From positions 30,042 to 94,041 of the forward strand of contig NIVC01003003.1 of assembly GCA_002269645.1 (NCBI GenBank): 64,000 nucleotides of DNA, given 5' to 3'. The notes beneath the pieces were generated by a model, which saw only the letters and a program-made list of their open reading frames with translations, did no database searches and was not told the DNA's origin. Both the position numbers and the translations under genes were made by a program. Shown in pieces: positions 52,853 to 64,000 of this stretch (position 1 is the first letter of the stretch; the number at the start of each line of letters is the position of its first letter). The DNA comes from Macrostomum lignano (Eukaryota).

Positions 52853-55800
52853 TGACTCAGTGGGGATTCAGGAGATCATGACTCAATAAATAGGATTTAT
52901 TGGGATCATGACTTAATTAGGATTTATTGGGATCATGACTTAATAGGGATTCAGGGGGATCAAGACTCAATAGGGATTCATTGGGATCATGACTCAATGG
53001 GGATTCATGGGGATCATGACTCAATAGGGATTCATTGGGATCATGACTCAATGGGGATTCATTGGGATCATGACTCAATGGGGATTCATTGGGATCATGA
53101 CTCAATGGGGATTCATGGGGATCATGACTCAATGGGGATTCATGGGGATCATGACTCAATGGGGATTCATTGGGATCATGACTCAATGGGGATTCATGTG
53201 GATCATGACTCAATGGGGATTCATGGGGATCATGACTCAATGGGGATTCATTGGAATCATGACTCAATGGGGATTCATGGGGATCATGACTAAATGGGGA
53301 TTCATTGGGATCATGACTCAATGGGGATTCATTGGGATCATTAATCAATGGGGGTTCATTGGGATCATTACTCAATGGGGATTCATTGAAATCATGACTC
53401 AATAGGGGTTCAGGGGGATCATTACTCAATGGGGATTCATTGAAATCATGACTCAATAGGGGTTCAGGGGGATCATGACTCAATGGGGATTCATTGGGAT
53501 TGGGATAGGGATTCATGGGGATTATGACTCAATAGGGATTCATGGGGATTATGACTCAATTGGGATTCATTGGGTTCATGACTCAATGGGGATTCATTGG
53601 GATCATGACTTAATAGGGATTCATTGGGTTCATGACTCAATGGGGATTCATTGGGATCATGACTCAATGGGGATTCATGGGGATCATGACTCAATGGGGA
53701 TTCATTGGGATCATGACTCAATGGGGATTCATGGGGATCATGACTCAATGGGGATTCATTGGGATCATGACTCAATGGGGATTCATGTGGATCATGACTC
53801 AATGGGGATTCATTGGGATCATGACTCAATGGGGATTCATTGGGATCATGACTCAATGGGGATTCATTGGGTTCATGACTCAATGGGGATTCATTGGGAT
53901 CATGACTCAATGGGGATTCATTGGGATCATGACTCAATGGGGATTCATGTGGATCATGACTCAATGGGGATTCATTGGGATTGGGATAGGGATTCATGGG
54001 GATTATGACTCAATGGGGATTCATTGGGTTCATGACTCAATGGGGATTCATTGGGATTGGGATAGGGATTCATGGGGATTATGACTCAATTGGGATTTAT
54101 TGGGTTCATGACTCAATGGGGATTCATGGGGATCATGACTCAATGGGGATTCATTGGGATCATTAATCAATGGGGGTTCATTGGGATCATTACTCAATGG
54201 GGATTCATTGAAATCATGACTCAATAGGGGTTCAGGGGGATCATGACTCAATGGGGATTCATTGGGATTGGGATAGGGATTCATGGGGATTATGACTCAA
54301 TAGGGATTCATGGGGATTATGACTCAATTGGGATTCATTGGGTTCATGACTCAATGGGGATTCATTGGGATTGGAATAGGGATTCATGGGGATTATGACT
54401 CAATTGGGATTCATTGGGTTCATGACTCAATGGGGATTCATTGGGATCATGACTCAATGAGGATTTAGAGGGATCATGACTCAATAAGGATTCATTGGGA
54501 TCATGACTCAATAGGGATTCATTGGGTTCATGACTCAATGGGGATTCATTGGGATCATGACTCAATAGGGATTCATTGGGTTCATGACTCAATGGGGATT
54601 CATTGGGATCATGACTTAATAGGGATTCATTGGGTTCATGACTCAATGGGGATTCATTGGGATCATGACTCAATGGGGATTCATGGGGATCATGACTCAA
54701 TGGGGATTCATTGGGATCATGACTTAATGGGATTCATTGGGTTCATGACTCAATGGGGATTCATTGGGATAATGACTCAATGGGGATTCATGTGGATCAT
54801 GACTCAATGGGGATTCATTGGGATTGGGATAGGGATTCATGGGGATTATGACTCAATGGGGATTCATTGGGTTCATGACTCAATGGGGATTCATTGGGAT
54901 TGGGATAGGGATTCATGGGGATTATGACTCAATTGGGATTTATTGGGTTCATGACTCAATGGGGATTCATGCGGATCATGACTTAATGGGGATTCATTGG
55001 GATCATGACTCAATGGGGATTCATTGGAATCATGACTCAATAGGGATTCATTGGGTTCATGACTCAATGGGGATTCATTGGGATCATGACTTAATAGGGA
55101 TTCATTGGGTTCATGACTCAATGGGGATTCATTGGGATCATGACTCAATGGGGATTCATGGGGATCATGACTCAATGGGGATTCATTGGGATCATGACTT
55201 AATGGGGATTCATTGGGTTCATGACTCAATGGGGATTCATTGGGATAATGACTCAATGGGGATTCATGTGGATCATGACTCAATGGGGATTCATTGGGAT
55301 TGGGATAGGGATTCATGGGGATTATGACTCAATGGGGATTCATTGGGTTCATGACTCAATGGGGATTCATTGGGATTGGGATAGGGATTCATGGGGATTA
55401 TGACTCAATTGGGATTTATTGGGTTCATGACTCAATGGGGATTCATGCGGATCATGACTTAATGGGGATTCATTGGGATCATGACTCAATGGGGATTCAT
55501 TGGAATCATGACTCAATGGGGATTCATGTGGATCATGACTAAATGGGGATTCATTGGGATCATGACTCAATGGGGATTCATTGGGATCATTAATCAATGG
55601 GGGTTCATTGGGATCATTACTCAATGGGGATTCATTGAAATCATGACTCAATAGGGGTTCAGGGGGATCATGACTCAATGGGGATTCATTGGGATTGGGA
55701 TAGGGATTCATGGGGATTATGACTCAATAGGGATTCATGGGGATTATGACTCAATTGGGATTCATTGGGTTCATGACTCAATGGGGATTCATTGGGATTG

Positions 55801-56945
55801 GGATAGGGATTCATGGGGATTATGACTCAATAGGGATTCATGGGGATTATGACTCAATTGGGATTCATTGGGTTCATGACTCAATGGGGATTCATTGGGA
55901 TTGGGATAGGGATTCATGGGGATTATGACTCAATGGGGATTCATTGGGATCATGACTCAATGGGGATTCATTGGGATCATGACACAATGGGGATTCATTG
56001 GGATCATGACACAATGGGGATTCATTGGGATCATGACTCAATGAGGATTTAGAGGGATCATGACTCAATAAGGATTCATTGGGATCATGACTCAATAGGG
56101 ATTCATTGGGTTCATGACTCAATGGGGATTCATTGGGAGCATGACTTAATGGGGATTCATTGGGTTCATGACTCAATGGGGATTCATTGGGTTCATGACT
56201 CAATGGGGATTCATTGGGATCATTAATCAATGGGGGTTCATTGGGATCATGACTCAATGGGGATTCATTGGGATTGGGATAGGGATTCATGGGGATTATG
56301 ACTCAATTGGGATTTATTGGGTTCATGACTCAATGGGGATTCATGCGGATCATGACTTAATGGGGATTCATTGGGATCATGACTCAATGGGGATTCATTG
56401 GGATCATGACTCAATGAGGATTTAGAGGGATCATGACTCAATAAGGATTCATTGGGATCATGACTCAATAGGGATTCATTGGGTTCATGACTCAATGGGG
56501 ATTCATTGGGATCATTAATCAATGGGGGTTCATTGGGATCATGACTCAATGGGGATTCATTGGGATTGGGATAGGGATTCATGGGGATTATGACTCAATT
56601 GGGATTTATTGGGTTCATGACTCAATGGGGATTCATGCGGATCATGACTTAATGGGGATTCATTGGGATCATGACTCAATGGGGATTCATTGGGATCATG
56701 ACTCAATGAGGATTTAGAGGGATCATGACTCAATAAGGATTCATTGGGATCATGACTCAATAGGGATTCATTGGGTTCATGACTCAATGGGGATTCATGG
56801 GGATCATGACTCAATGGGGATTCATTGGGATCATGACTCAATGGGGATTCAGGGGGATCATGACTCAATGGGGATTCATAGGGATTATGACTCAATGGGG
56901 ATTCATTGGGATCATGACTCAATGGGGATTCAGGGGGATCATAAG
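52853..56945. repeat. 27-bp satellite (ATGACTCAATGGGGATTCATTGGGATC), about 150 copies, with higher-order variants
   Basis: 4.1-kb array with recurrent GGGATTGGGATAGGG variant units. Confidence 0.98.
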
Positions 56946-57464
56946 ACAAATGAAGATCACATAAGGGTCACAAAGCCAATTAGTCTTTATGCGCTGGTAT
57001 TCCTATGGAATTCCTAAATCAGCTGTAGTCCCCTATATAGAGGATTAAATGCCCGAATCCGAATAAGGTAAGATAATCTATTTGAGCACTGATATAGAAT
57101 TACCACCTTCGCGCTAATAGCATTACACCGCAGAGCATCCTTTAGCAGAAATTGCTGGGATTAGGCCGATATCCAATTCCTGTTTATTTATGCAGCACGG
57201 CTGCAAGCCTACAAGCCAATCTGTACGGATGTCTTCTGTATAGATGGCTAGTGTAGAGAACAGAGTGCTTAGATTTAGCCTTAGGGCTATTGCCATGGCT
57301 ATTGCCAAGTGTTTAGGTAAATATTAATCAATGGGTGAGAAAGATGATCATATTCTCAGGTGGACACTGTTCTTAAGGTCAGGTGACAGACCCGCTTCGA
57401 AGGCATCGAGGGGGTGCTGTCATCGAGGGGTGCTGTCATCGATAAGAGCGAAAGCTACAGGAGA

Positions 57465-58375
57465 GATCGAGATGAAGAGACCGAGAGAGGAGATGGAGAG
57501 ACCGAGAGAGTTGGAGAGACCGAGAGAGGAGATAGAGAGACCGAGAGAGGAGATGGAGAGACCGAGAGAGTTGGAGAGACCGAGAGAGGAGATAGAGAGA
57601 CCGAGAGAGGAGATGGAGAGACCGAGAGAGTTGGAGAGACCGAGAGAGGAGATGGAGAGACCGAGAGAGGAGATGGAGAGACCGAGAGAAGAGATGGAGA
57701 GACCGAGAGAGGAGATGGAGAGACCGAGAGAAGAGATGGAGAGACCGAGAGAGGAGATGGAGAGACCGAGAGAAGAGATGGAGAGACCGAGAGAGGAGAG
57801 GGAGAGACAGAGAGGGGAGATGGAGAGTCCGAGAGAGATGGAGAGACCGAGAGAGGAGATGGAGAGACCGAGAGAGGAGATGGAGAGACCGAGAGTGGAG
57901 AGGGAGAGACTGAGAGAGGAGATAAAGAGTACGAGAGAGATGGAGAGACCCAGAGAGTAGATGGAGAGACCCAGAGAGTACATGGAGAGACCCAGCGAGT
58001 AGATGGAGAGACCCAGAGAGTAGATGGAGAGACCCAGAGAGTAGATGGAGAGACCCAGAGAGTAGATGGAGAGACCCAGCGAGTAGATGGAGAGACCCAG
58101 CGAGTAGATGGAGAGACCCAGAGAGTAGATGGAGAGACCCAGAGAGTAGATGGAGAGACCCAGAGAGTAGATGGAGAGACCCAGAGAGTAGATGGAGAGA
58201 CCCAGAGAGTAGATGGAGAGACCCAGAGAGTAGATGGAGAGACCTAGCGAGTAGATGGAGAGACCCAGAGAGTAGATGGAGAGACCCAGAGAGTAGATGG
58301 AGAGACCGAGAGAGGAGATGAAGAGACCGAGAGAGGAGATGGAGAAACCGATAGAGAGGCGATGGAGAGACGAGG
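57465..58375. repeat. GA-rich 21-bp arrays (GAGAGACCGAGAGAGGAGATG then GAGAGACCCAGAGAGTAGATG)
   Basis: Seen directly; explains the E/R-rich ORFs. Confidence 0.95.
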
Positions 58376-59371
58376 ACAGAGGTAGGAGAAGCAGGGGAGA
58401 AGAACTGTGGAAAGGAGTGAGAGGGAGACACAGAAAGAGAGGAATCCAAAGTAGACAGAGATAAGAATCAGAGAAGTGAAGGCTTGAACTGGTGATTTAT
58501 TTACAGTCAAACACCGAACTCATAGGTAAGTAATAATGTTGTAAATTCAGCGCATTGCATCTATAATGGGCATCTATCATAGTGAATTATAACCGACCAT
58601 TCTGTCTGACTGGAACTGGACGGCCGGAGTCATAGAACTCAGTGGGTGGTTCTTACGTCTTAGAAATAGCCTCACTTATGTCGTATAGATAACGGCACAA
58701 GTAGAGCCGCTCACCTGCGAAAATAATAATTTCTTATCTTTTCGACTTCCCTTACTAGAGTTTACTGCAATTTTGAGCTGCCAGAGGCCCCCTCCGCCTC
58801 GAAAATCGACTCAATATTGAACACGGGGTTCAGCGGACTTTTGTTGACTGTCTGTGTAGTAGTTAGTGTATGCCATGGGCTCCTTCTGTTCCACCAAGTC
58901 TCTCGTAATGGCATGAGCCGCCCCTTCATATCAATACAATATCACTGAGGCTTTCCAGTGGTGGGGATAAGGGTAATAAAAAAGCTGTTTTGCAACTCCC
59001 AAAGCAGATGGCCAATATTTGCACCTGGGGTTGAGTGAATTGGGGTGGGGCCCGTCTTCTTTCTGTCTCAATTTTACGTAGTTCAGGAAAACAAGAAACA
59101 CGTGGAATAGGTGTCCTTTAGCACCAACAGTTCGTTGTTCTTGTAGGCTCGTAGCTAATAGCCTGTCCTATTCCTATGTTATTTTTGTTATTCTTCATTA
59201 CTTTAAATTTATCGAATATGCCTAAATTATAGGATGTTTTGAAGTAGAATCCGCTTTAATCCATCTTAATAACGTTATGATCATGAATCCCGATAAATTC
59301 TGGAACTCTATAATCCCAGGATTTTGAATCCTGATACATCCTGCAACTCTGTGATCCTGGGATTTTGAATC

Positions 59372-60657
59372 TTGGGATGCCAAAAACCCGTCAATTTTGT
59401 GGAACCGGTTAACCGGTTTTTTTTGGCCAAAACCGGTTTCAAAACCGGTTTACCGATTTTTGCTGCCAGACCACTCAAAAAAATGTCATTTAGCATGCTC
59501 GCACCATAAAAATATGCTTGAAATTGATTTCGTATCATATCTTCTTTCTCTAGTCTAGTGTACTCGTCTATTACCAAATGAAGGTTGCATTTAATTTATT
59601 ATTCTTTCAATCGGAAATTTTGTTAAGGTTGGCAGTTTTCTACCGTGCAAAATGGATAAAGTGGAATAATAACTGGAAAAAGTAAATCTCTGTGCATTAA
59701 TACACCTGCTTTGCTTTCTAGACTGATCTCATTATCTCATTATCAATAGAAACTAACTGTTTAAAAGCTATATAAATAATATTATAATGTACAAGCTGTT
59801 GAAACCCGCGGATTTTGAACCCTGGGAATTATAATCCCCGGAACTATTTTTGCCTGTGTTCTAAAGTCTAAAGTCATACACAAACAAAAACTTGTTAATA
59901 GTTAGAGGTTAATGGACTTGTCAATGAATAGAGGTAAACATACAAGTACAACAGAGTAAATTCGTGTAAAATTAAGATTTAAGGCAAGCATTGATCTCGT
60001 TGGCTGGGATGCTGCGCAGAATATCAGGCAATGTCTGTCTAAAACATGTATTGAAAAAACTCTGACCTCTGCCTCTCTCTCTCTACGTCACTTGGATCCT
60101 TCGAAACTTCTATCTTCGCTTCTGTTTCCTCTCTTCTCTCTCGTCTTTCGTCTCTCCTGTCATCTCTTCTCTTCTTTCCACTCTCCTCTCTCCCCTCTTC
60201 TCTCGTCTCTTTCCCCACCTCTCTTCTCTCTCGTCTTTGCTCTCTCATCAGTCATCTCTCCTTTCTCTTCTTTTATCGAGCTGCTCTTTTACATGTACCT
60301 CTTGACATTTCTCTCTTTTCTCGCCTCTCTCATCTTTCTCAGCACATCTCTTCCCTGTTCTTTCCTCTCTCCTCTTTCCTCACTCTTCTCTCCTCTCCTC
60401 TCCTCTCTCCCCTCTTCTCTCGTCTCTTCCCTCTCCTCTCTCTTCTCTCTCCTCTTAATTGCTGAAAAAAAATAGAAAATTTACTTTCAAGTTTTCAATA
60501 ACATATGTAGTGTACACAACACAGACTTAATAGTTCACAATCAGTTCAAATATAAAAAATATAAAAAAGAAGTGAAAAAACCGGACCGAAACAGGACAAA
60601 AAACCGGGGCCAAAACCGGTTTTTCGGTTAACCGGTTATCCGGAATTCACATCCCTA
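59372..60657. mobile_element. Non-autonomous hAT-type DNA transposon (1286 bp)
   Basis: Ends TTGGGATG...CATCCCTA; 8-bp TSD TTTGAATC at 59364-59371 and 60658-60665; inverted AACCGGTTAACCG at 59403-59415 and 60625-60637; several subterminal AAACCGG repeats; no transposase ORF. Confidence 0.8.
60070..60450. repeat. CT-rich low-complexity tract inside the hAT-type element
   Basis: Seen directly. Confidence 0.88.
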
Positions 60658-63040
60658 TTTGAATCTCGATACATCCTGCAACTCTGTGATCCCGGGATTT
60701 TGAATCCTGATAAATTCTGGAACTCTGTAATTCTGGGATTTTGAATCCCGATACATCCTGCAACTCTGTGATCCCGGGATTTTGAATCCTGATAAATTCT
60801 GGAACTCTGTAATTCTGGGATTTTGAATCCCGATACATCCTGCAACTCTGTGATCCCGGGATTTTGAATCCTGATAAATTCTGGAACTCTGTAATTCTGG
60901 GATTTTGAATCCCGATACATCCTGCAACTCTGTGATCCCGGGATTTTGAATCCCGATACATCCTGCAACTCTGTGATCCCGGGATTTTGAATCCCGATAC
61001 ATCCTGCAACTCTGTGATCCCGGGATTTTGAATCCCGATACATCCTGCAACTCTGTGATCCCGGGATTTTGAATCCTGATAAATTCTGGAACTCTGTGAT
61101 CCCAGGACACTTCCAATCGGGATTCTACATCAATCTCGGCATTTTCTAATCCCATGCTCACGGGATCCCAATCCCTAGTCTCTTATTAACTGTGACAGAA
61201 TGCAAAATGAAGCAAAAGCTTTGGCTGGCCGGAAGGGAAAGCCAAGCCAGCCAAGGGGTTAATAAATGAATGAGTGACCAGTGACCACAGATAGCTGAAA
61301 GCTAAAACAAAAACCTAGTCACTAGAGTGAAGGATATCTGGAGTAGATTCACTCCACACACACAGAGGCTTCCTATCCGATCAGATCCGTGAGCTCTGAT
61401 CGAACCCCTTGCAGCAAGCGGACAACAGACGGAGGGTGGAAGAACAAGGCAGGTGTAATTTTGCACCCACCCCCCAAACTACCACCACAACCAGCCGCCG
61501 CCCCTATTTATGCTCCAACATTTATTTTATTTTATTTAAGCTACCTCGCGAATCCGCCGTGTGTTGCTTGCTGTCTGTGGGAATTTGGAATATGAGCAGA
61601 GGCTTCTGATCCGTGAATTGAAACTCCCCTCCCCCACCAACCCAAACCCTTCCTTCTCAGGTCCTCCCCTATGGTTTGATAGCCAGCCCAACCCCCTCCC
61701 AATGATTTCTACCTTAAGCACAAGTGAGTGGAGTTAGCGGAGGTAAGGTGGGCTCCTGAGATAGGCAGAAGGCTATTCAAAAGCTGATTTGTCCGAGCGC
61801 AAAAACGCTTTTTGGCTGCAGATCTTCCACGCTCAGAGCTGTCCAACCGCCGCCCTCCGCCTCCGAAGGGAGCAAGCAGGTGTCTTTTCCTGGCCCGCGT
61901 CTTCTTCTAGGAGTAAGAATCCTATAACTCTTCGGGGCGCCTCCTCTCCACCACTATAAACTCGCAAACAGGGGGCAGCTCCCTCATTTAGCCAAGCCTT
62001 AGACTTGACACGCTTTGCAACCTGAACCGTCACACTAATCCTGCAGCCTTATTTTTAGCTGTTTTGCCATCTAACCAGCCGTCTAATTAAATCCCGAGAC
62101 AAAAAACAGTTGAAAAGTCCATTTACCCGACTATCTTGTTTATTTAAGCTTCAGACTAGACTTAAGAGTTTTTTATTATAATACGCTCGTATTATACTCA
62201 ATCGAAAGCAAACCAAGGTTCAATCGGCTGTTGCCTTACCGTGTTGTTCGCCCTCCCCCCGCCGCCACGCCAGTTCCTCCTCTCCTCCTGAGAAGAAGTC
62301 AAAGTTAAGCCTTCAACCTTCTCCCTCCCCCCTCCCCGCTGCCCCAACCCCCAACCGCCGCGTCTGCGTTTAAAACCTCTCCTGAAAAAAAACAATTTGA
62401 TTAACCATTCCCAGACTGACTGGTCCTGCCCGCCTAACGTCGCGATATAAAGTAGTTAAGGTTCCTTTTGTTATTTTTAAGACTTAACTTTAAACTCAGT
62501 GAGTTAGTTTTGTCTATGGCCATTGCTGATTAGCTGCTATAGTAAATATACCTGGATTAAACAAAAGTAAAGGATCAGTGTGCATCCGACAGTGTAATCG
62601 GCTCCATCGACCAGATCAACTCGCTGTTTATAAAGTAAGTGAAAGAATGCAACAGGTGCAGATATGATTTTTATTCGAACACAATATTCACACAGATAAC
62701 TCCCTGACAGATTTGTTGCTGCTGCAGGAAGTTCCCCATTTCCCCCTTCATTTCCTAGACTCGGAAGTCTGGCTAGTAGCAGTTTTAAGCCATCCTCATC
62801 CACCCAATCTTCCTGTAACTGCAAGGCTGGACAGACCTCCCAGACCCAACCGATCTTGGATTGGTTCTCTCGCGGCTGGCTCCAACTCTTCCTCCATCAG
62901 GCCAACCCCAAACTCGACCGCCACCTTGCTGATACAATAAATAAGAGATACAAACATTCAGCCTCCCTCCCCCATCCTGTTGTCTGTGCTCTCCGAACTT
63001 GTGCTAGAGACAAAAATTTCCTATTGTCAATCCGCAACAG

Positions 63041-63140
63041 GCGGTGGTGCTGGTGTCTAAAAAGCCGAAGGCCATCTCAAACCATGAGTGCCGTCATACC
63101 GCTGAATCGACGGAAGCAGAAGCGACCGCAAAATCGTCTG
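63041..63140 (+). other. Candidate exon with possible start codon at 63084 (MSAVIPLNRRKQKRPQNRL)
   Basis: caacag| acceptor, accATG, CTG|gtaaga donor; no homology recognised and no downstream exon identified. Confidence 0.25.
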
Positions 63141-64000
63141 GTAAGAAATTAATTGATCATATTTCTATTAATATTGAGCTTCCTGTGTTTTCTTCTCCTA
63201 ATAAAGGCTTTACTTATTCATTGTTTGTTAGGCGAAGAAGCCAACCCTCTCCCTAGTTGTATTTCATAGACTGCAGGTTATAGTGAAAAAAAACAAAAGC
63301 TTTTTTGACTATCGCCACCTGTTTGGATCGGTGCAGCCACTGTATCATGTTGCAGCAATATTTTTATTTAATTTATAGCCATTTCTTACTTGAATTATCG
63401 TTCATATTAGTTAGACACGGTTGAAATTTGCGGCATATTAGTTATGGGGGGGTCTATTTTAATTTATCAAAACTAAACAAAATTGAAAGTGAAACATTAG
63501 AAAAGTTTATTTTTTGACAGTGAAAAATGTCCTGCGCAGTGTTCCTGACCCACTCAATACTTGTGTTAGAGGCTCATTTTCTCTAAAATGAAATTCAGGC
63601 TTCTTTTTGGACCCTCCCAGTACCAGCTAGTGAGTCTCAAATCTCAAAAACTCGTATATTGCGCTAGCGGCGCTATTGTCCAAATCCTAACTTATGTGAT
63701 TTTTGCTAATAGGTAATATCGAGGAAGTCTTTGTCACGGCCAAAAAGCTTTGCATCTTTTTCATGCAGTCTTTGGTTCCTTCAAGTTGACCCAAACTGTG
63801 TCTCGATCTTGAAGTAGGAAAAATGATACGGGCCTTTCTGGGGATTGATCCTAGCTGTTAATAATTCAGAACAGCTAGGCTGGCCCTGTACCAAGTCAGG
63901 GGACCTTTGTCAGTTTGCTTTTTTACCAGAGCACCTCCTTGGTTTCCATTTGGTGTGGTCAGCGGGCAACTCCTGGGACTTGTTCTGGGGTCACATAGTC

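Larger units (their letters stand above)
59314..61105. repeat. About 40-bp minisatellite (GGGATTTTGAATCCCGATACATCCTGCAACTCTGTGATCC) interrupted by the hAT-type element
   Basis: Units at 59314-59371 and 60658-61105; removing 59372-60665 restores a unit. Confidence 0.92.

Noticed and set aside
62712-63152. Stop-free + frame of about 145 codons
   Set aside because: No domain recognised and composition unlike the confident exons; only the spliceable 63041-63140 part was kept, at low confidence.

Overview
Animal genomic DNA, not prokaryotic: GC-rich spliced exons sit in introns and intergenic DNA packed with private minisatellites. This style resembles the flatworm Macrostomum, which is an inference I have not verified. 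I hand-spliced three multi-exon + strand genes using GT-AG sites and phase: an SLC22 organic cation transporter (31-5016), a class I bHLH E-protein of the daughterless/E2A/TCF4 family (about 18823-38313), and an unnamed WW-like/coiled-coil/degenerate CAP-Gly protein (41547-47710). There is also a small signal-peptide plus single-TM ORF on the - strand (5816-6085). The main finding is that the E-protein gene has two tandem 146-nt, same-phase exons, each encoding a different helix-loop-helix (33/48 aa identical). They look like a mutually exclusive dimerisation-domain switch, with a 5' boundary different from vertebrate E12/E47. Mobile DNA includes a palindromic Penelope-like (GIY-YIG) insertion carrying two minimal hammerhead ribozymes, a hAT-type non-autonomous element with an 8-bp TSD, and a foldback-like pair of inverted 16-bp arrays. 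Nearly all long ORFs in the supplied track are translations of tandem repeats. No rRNA, tRNA or CRISPR array was found.
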